Source: Candidatus Oxydemutatoraceae bacterium
GTDB taxonomy: Bacteria > Pseudomonadota > Gammaproteobacteria > Poriferisulfidales > Oxydemutatoraceae
NCBI GenBank assembly: GCA_965219575.1
Contig: OZ244779.1
Location: 1,388,769 to 1,452,768, forward strand
Direction of reading: 5' to 3'
DNA: 64,000 bases
Part shown: positions 59,804 to 64,000 of the stretch, piece by piece
Position numbering within the stretch: the first letter of the stretch is position 1
Layout of the letters: every line of letters starts with the position of its first letter
The notes under the pieces: model-generated
Told to the model about the DNA's origin: nothing
The model's input: the letters and a program-made list of their open reading frames with translations, nothing else
Database searches by the model: none
Program-made: the position numbers and the translations under genes

Positions 59804-62800
59804 ATGAAATTAAAACCTATATTCGTAGCACAATTTATTTTACTTGCAGTTCTGCCATGTCAGTCTGCGCTTGGGCAAGTACCCTCGGAGAATCCCGGTA
59901 TCACTCTGCAAAAGGGGATTACGATTGAAGGCTCGGCAAACGAAGGCGAGGAATTGACTTTAAGTCTCCCCGACGATGCGATTGCCGGTGGCAGCGGGAA
60001 TAGCGAAAACTATTCTTATCGGTGGGAATATCGACCGAGCGACCGGTCGCAGCTGTTGAATCCGAATTTGCAACTGTCGGATCCCAACACCCGAACTTTG
60101 ACTGTGCGCATCCCTACAGATTTCATTGCGCGTGATTATAACCAAAGCGATGTGATTTTCACTGTGACGGTCGGCGAAGACGGCTCTACGGCAAGCACCG
60201 AGAGCATAGTGACGATTATCAAGCGGAACAACTTTGTTCCCACCCTTGATGTGAATCTGAAACTGAATTCAAATATATCGGGTACGACCGCCTCTATAAC
60301 CGCCGTTGTAGATAATATCTCGGATTCGGACGGCGACGGCGAGTTCACATACTCGTGGCAATCTCTAGCTTTAGGCGACACGCAATGGCGTGGTGTCAAA
60401 ATGGAAACCACCACGAGAACACTATCCGCTTACACGGTACCGGAAGGCACCACCCCGACTACCCGCTATCGCGTGGAAATAAGCTATACCGATGCGCAGG
60501 GGCATGCGGTTACCGAACAATTCGGAACCTACAGAACCGATGTGGACATAGACGACGACGGATTGATAGAGATTTATTACCTTGAGGATTTAGACGCAAT
60601 TCGCTATCAAGTGAACGGCAGCGGCTATCAACCGGTTCCCTCCGATGATATAGACCTTAATAACTCGGGTTGCAACGAAGATGGTGATGGCACTTGTAAC
60701 GGATATGAAATCGCCAGGCATTTGGATTTCGGCAACGATGCACACTATCAAGACTTAAGCAATAAAGCGACTTGGACTGAAGGAGCAGGGTGGTCCCCGA
60801 TAGATAGTTTAGCTACGGCATTGGAAGGTAACGGCAACACAATTTCTGGTTTGCGTATCGTGCGTAATCAGGGCAACCAGGGTTTATTTGCGCAGTTGGG
60901 AGGATCATCGGGAATAATCCGCAATCTTGGTTTGCTCAAAGTGAATATCAATATTATGAGTAGTGGTATAGCAGGTGGGTTTGCAGGTAGATTGGGTGGC
61001 CGTATTATCAGAAATAGTTATGTCAAAGGTACTATAGTAGGAAACCAAGAGATAGGTGGTTTTGCAGGCGATGGCTTAGGTCAAATAATAAATAGCTATG
61101 CGAATGTAAATATTGAAGGGAGATTTAGTGGTGGATTATATGGTGAAGGTGATGCCGGGATTACTTCCAGTTATGTAACAGGATCTGTCACCGGACCGTC
61201 GGTAGGTGCGATAGTGTCGGAGAGTAATAGCTTTATTGCGAATAGCTACGCAGCAAATAATCTAGGAAATATAAAAGATAATAATCAAACCGGTATTTCC
61301 AATAGTTACGCCCGAGTACCAGATCGGCACAATGAACTTAAAGAACCCACCGCACCCGGTACTTCCGACCCCGAATTATATATAGGATGGCGTACCAACA
61401 GGTGGGATTTCGGCACATCCGAGCAATTCCCGATTCTAAAATATGTGGAGGATTGCTCAAACGACCCACAAACCCAAAGAACCGACCCACCGCAATGCGG
61501 CACATTCCTGCCGGACCAAAACGACGGTTTGAGAGACTTGGAAATAATAAGCGAGGTTATTAAACTGGATAAAGTTTTTGCCTCCGAAATCACCAACTAT
61601 GATGTAAGTTTTAATGATGATACACCGAACTTAACATTGAGATTAAAGGCTTACGAGAGCGACTCGCAAATCAGTGTCCGCAGACACGGAGACAGTACGG
61701 ATTACTTTGCCGGGATGCGTGATACCCCCGATGTCGGCAACGATATTTCCCTGACGGGCACAGAGCAAACAACCGTGACGATTACGGTGAGAGAAGTCTT
61801 TCCTGCCACCGAGACCGAATATGTACTTACTTTGATAAATGAGACGCTGATAGTTTCCGGAGAAATCGGCATTACGGGAGATGTAATGATTACCGAGAAT
61901 GTAATATCCACCACCGAAGGCAGATCTTTTACTTTAGAAGCACCTCAAGTTAGTGGTGGTATCGACATGCCCGACTACGAATGGACGGTGACGCCGGAAA
62001 ATACATCACAGTTGCTGAACCCGAATTTGCAACTATCGGATACCACCACCCGAACTTTGACCGTGACCATACCTAATGATTTTATAGGGCGCGCTTCTAC
62101 GAGTAGCAATGTGAGATTCAAGTTAACGGTGAATAACGATGTTTCCGGCAGTAGCCGAAACATCGTAGTGAGGATAGATAAAACGAATAACGATAGTTCG
62201 GAACTGAATCCGACATGGGTAGAGGACGGTATTTCATTAGATGCCGTGATAGATATTGAAGATATTGAAGATTTGGACGGCAATCCCGGCGAGAATGATA
62301 TCAGCTATCAATGGCAGCGTAAAGCCATAAACAATGATGTATGGATGAATATTCCCGATGATGCAACGTCTGAAACTTATACGATACCACAACTGGAGTA
62401 TCCCATTGCCTTTAACTATCGCGTCGGTGTGCGCTACACGGACCGGCAAGGCTATCTAAGTGATATCGCTTATAGCGACCCCACACCTGCAGATTATCGA
62501 CCGGACATAGACACAGACGATGACGGATTGATAGAGGTTTATTACCTTGAGGATTTGGATGCAATCCGTTATCAATTAGACGGTAGCGGCTATAGAACGA
62601 GCACTCAAGCAACGGTGATAAAAGCGGGTTGTGGCTATAACGATAATGGTAGCATGGTGTGCAGAGGCTACGAGTTGATAAGAGATTTAGACTTCGGCGT
62701 TGATAACAGCTATAGCTCGACGGCTAATCGGGTTATTTGGCAGCCGAATGACGGCAAAAGCAACGAGGGCTGGATGCCGATCGGTAGCAATAGCCAAACG

Positions 62801-64000
62801 ACCGTTAGTGCGCCGATGATATTTGAAGGCAACGGCTATACAATCTCCAATCTGTATCAAAACACCGCTACTGATAGTGGTTTATTCGGCAATATAGAAA
62901 ATGTCAGGGAGAGACCGCTCGCTATTTACAATATCGGTCTGCTTGATATAGATATTCAAACCCGAGGCGGCGATAACGGCGGCTTAGCCGCTGCATGCCG
63001 GAATTGTCGTATAGCAAACAGCTATGTCACCGGCACCTTGTCGTCTGAAGGAACGGTTGATACGCTGGGCGGTTTGGTGGGCCGCGCTACTTCTGATTCA
63101 GCAGGTGCTACTGAATATCGAAACATTTATGCGCGGGTTGATTTAACAGGGAATGCGGTACATTCGGGTCATTTGCTGGGTTTGGCTACGGTTCGTATTG
63201 CCGAGTCTTATGCCAGAGGCTACCGACAAGAAACCTACGAAGGCGCAATAGTAGGAAGTTTAAGTATAAGGAACGACAATGAATTCGGTTTTCTCGTAAA
63301 TTCCTATGCAACGGGTAGCGATATTACCGATATTATTATTGAAAATACCCTTTTATTCATGGACTCTACCGCAACACAGACCGTATCCGCACTAACATCA
63401 CCGACCACTAACGAAGGCATCTATGAACAATGGAATCAAGGAGAAAACATCTGGGATTTCGGCACATCCGAACAGTACCCGATTCTAAGATATAACATAG
63501 GCAATAACTTTAGACGCGTCTACGATTATGATTTATGTTCTCAAGGACTTCGCATGAAAAGCACCGACCAACCACAATGCGGCACATTCCTGCCCGATCA
63601 AGGGATCGGCTTGAGAGACCTGAATATACTTGAACCTACAATAACAAGAACCGATAACATCTTCGTTTCCGACCGAACCGAATACACCTTATGGATCAGA
63701 GAGAATGAAGCGCAAATTCAATTGGAACTGAACGGATATGACTTTAGAGGTATTATCACGATTGACGGTGTCGGTGCGGCGATCGGTACCACGATGACTA
63801 CGATTGCATTGCCTAACGACATATCGGTACGGAACATCGTTGTCGCCGATGCCGCTTCAACGGAATATAAACTCACCATTATCAAATCAGCGGATATTGC
63901 CGGAACAGGAGTAATCACGGTGGATCCCATGCCTGCCGAAGACGGAACTTGGGACGAAGGGAGCAGAATTGAACTGACATCCGACATAGTCGGAGGAAGC
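59804..64000 (+). CDS. Very large secreted surface protein (>1390 aa, runs off the window end), paralog of the protein at 5581-8055
   Basis: ATG at 59804 with signal peptide MKLKPIFVAQFILLAVLPCQSALG; D.DDDGLIE.YYLEDLDAIR and WDFGTSEQ.PIL each occur twice; the frame is consistent at the window end and no terminated ORF is listed in it. Confidence 0.8.
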   Translation, partial: MKLKPIFVAQFILLAVLPCQSALGQVPSENPGITLQKGITIEGSANEGEELTLSLPDDAIAGGSGNSENYSYRWEYRPSDRSQLLNPNLQLSDPNTRTLTVRIPTDFIARDYNQSDVIFTVTVGEDGSTASTESIVTIIKRNNFVPTLDVNLKLNSNISGTTASITAVVDNISDSDGDGEFTYSWQSLALGDTQWRGVKMETTTRTLSAYTVPEGTTPTTRYRVEISYTDAQGHAVTEQFGTYRTDVDIDDDGLIEIYYLEDLDAIRYQVNGSGYQPVPSDDIDLNNSGCNEDGDGTCNGYEIARHLDFGNDAHYQDLSNKATWTEGAGWSPIDSLATALEGNGNTISGLRIVRNQGNQGLFAQLGGSSGIIRNLGLLKVNINIMSSGIAGGFAGRLGGRIIRNSYVKGTIVGNQEIGGFAGDGLGQIINSYANVNIEGRFSGGLYGEGDAGITSSYVTGSVTGPSVGAIVSESNSFIANSYAANNLGNIKDNNQTGISNSYARVPDRHNELKEPTAPGTSDPELYIGWRTNRWDFGTSEQFPILKYVEDCSNDPQTQRTDPPQCGTFLPDQNDGLRDLEIISEVIKLDKVFASEITNYDVSFNDDTPNLTLRLKAYESDSQISVRRHGDSTDYFAGMRDTPDVGNDISLTGTEQTTVTITVREVFPATETEYVLTLINETLIVSGEIGITGDVMITENVISTTEGRSFTLEAPQVSGGIDMPDYEWTVTPENTSQLLNPNLQLSDTTTRTLTVTIPNDFIGRASTSSNVRFKLTVNNDVSGSSRNIVVRIDKTNNDSSELNPTWVEDGISLDAVIDIEDIEDLDGNPGENDISYQWQRKAINNDVWMNIPDDATSETYTIPQLEYPIAFNYRVGVRYTDRQGYLSDIAYSDPTPADYRPDIDTDDDGLIEVYYLEDLDAIRYQLDGSGYRTSTQATVIKAGCGYNDNGSMVCRGYELIRDLDFGVDNSYSSTANRVIWQPNDGKSNEGWMPIGSNSQTTVSAPMIFEGNGYTISNLYQNTATDSGLFGNIENVRERPLAIYNIGLLDIDIQTRGGDNGGLAAACRNCRIANSYVTGTLSSEGTVDTLGGLVGRATSDSAGATEYRNIYARVDLTGNAVHSGHLLGLATVRIAESYARGYRQETYEGAIVGSLSIRNDNEFGFLVNSYATGSDITDIIIENTLLFMDSTATQTVSALTSPTTNEGIYEQWNQGENIWDFGTSEQYPILRYNIGNNFRRVYDYDLCSQGLRMKSTDQPQCGTFLPDQGIGLRDLNILEPTITRTDNIFVSDRTEYTLWIRENEAQIQLELNGYDFRGIITIDGVGAAIGTTMTTIALPNDISVRNIVVADAASTEYKLTIIKSADIAGTGVITVDPMPAEDGTWDEGSRIELTSDIVGGS

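Overview
Gammaproteobacterial chromosome segment. It carries a tetrahydromethanopterin (H4MPT) formaldehyde-oxidation module (orfY-mch-orf5-orf7-fae), housekeeping blocks (TPR-lolB-ispE-tRNA-Gln-prs, rraA, tRNA-Glu, aceEF-lpdA, yadGH, dusA, pstS, a peptide-type ABC transporter, yafS-rnhA, dnaQ, yccA) and two paralogous large secreted GLUG/cadherin-like proteins. A type II R-M pair is inserted just upstream of lolB. An ~17 kb defence-type island splits rnhA from dnaQ (Rpn nuclease plus extra C-terminal modules, IS110, TPR protein, TcmP/DUF5131 pair, type I R-M with an extra PD-(D/E)XK gene, DUF488). Intergenic regions are populated by a modular MITE-like repeat with GGCTGTTGAAAAA-like termini and internal GTAG-type REP hairpins. 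The best finding is a complete IS110 element inserted in the loop of one such REP hairpin. Its CA core, a promoter formed only at the circle junction, and a bridge RNA whose four guide segments match both the REP target and the donor junction can all be read directly from the sequence. All family assignments are by motif recognition, not database search.
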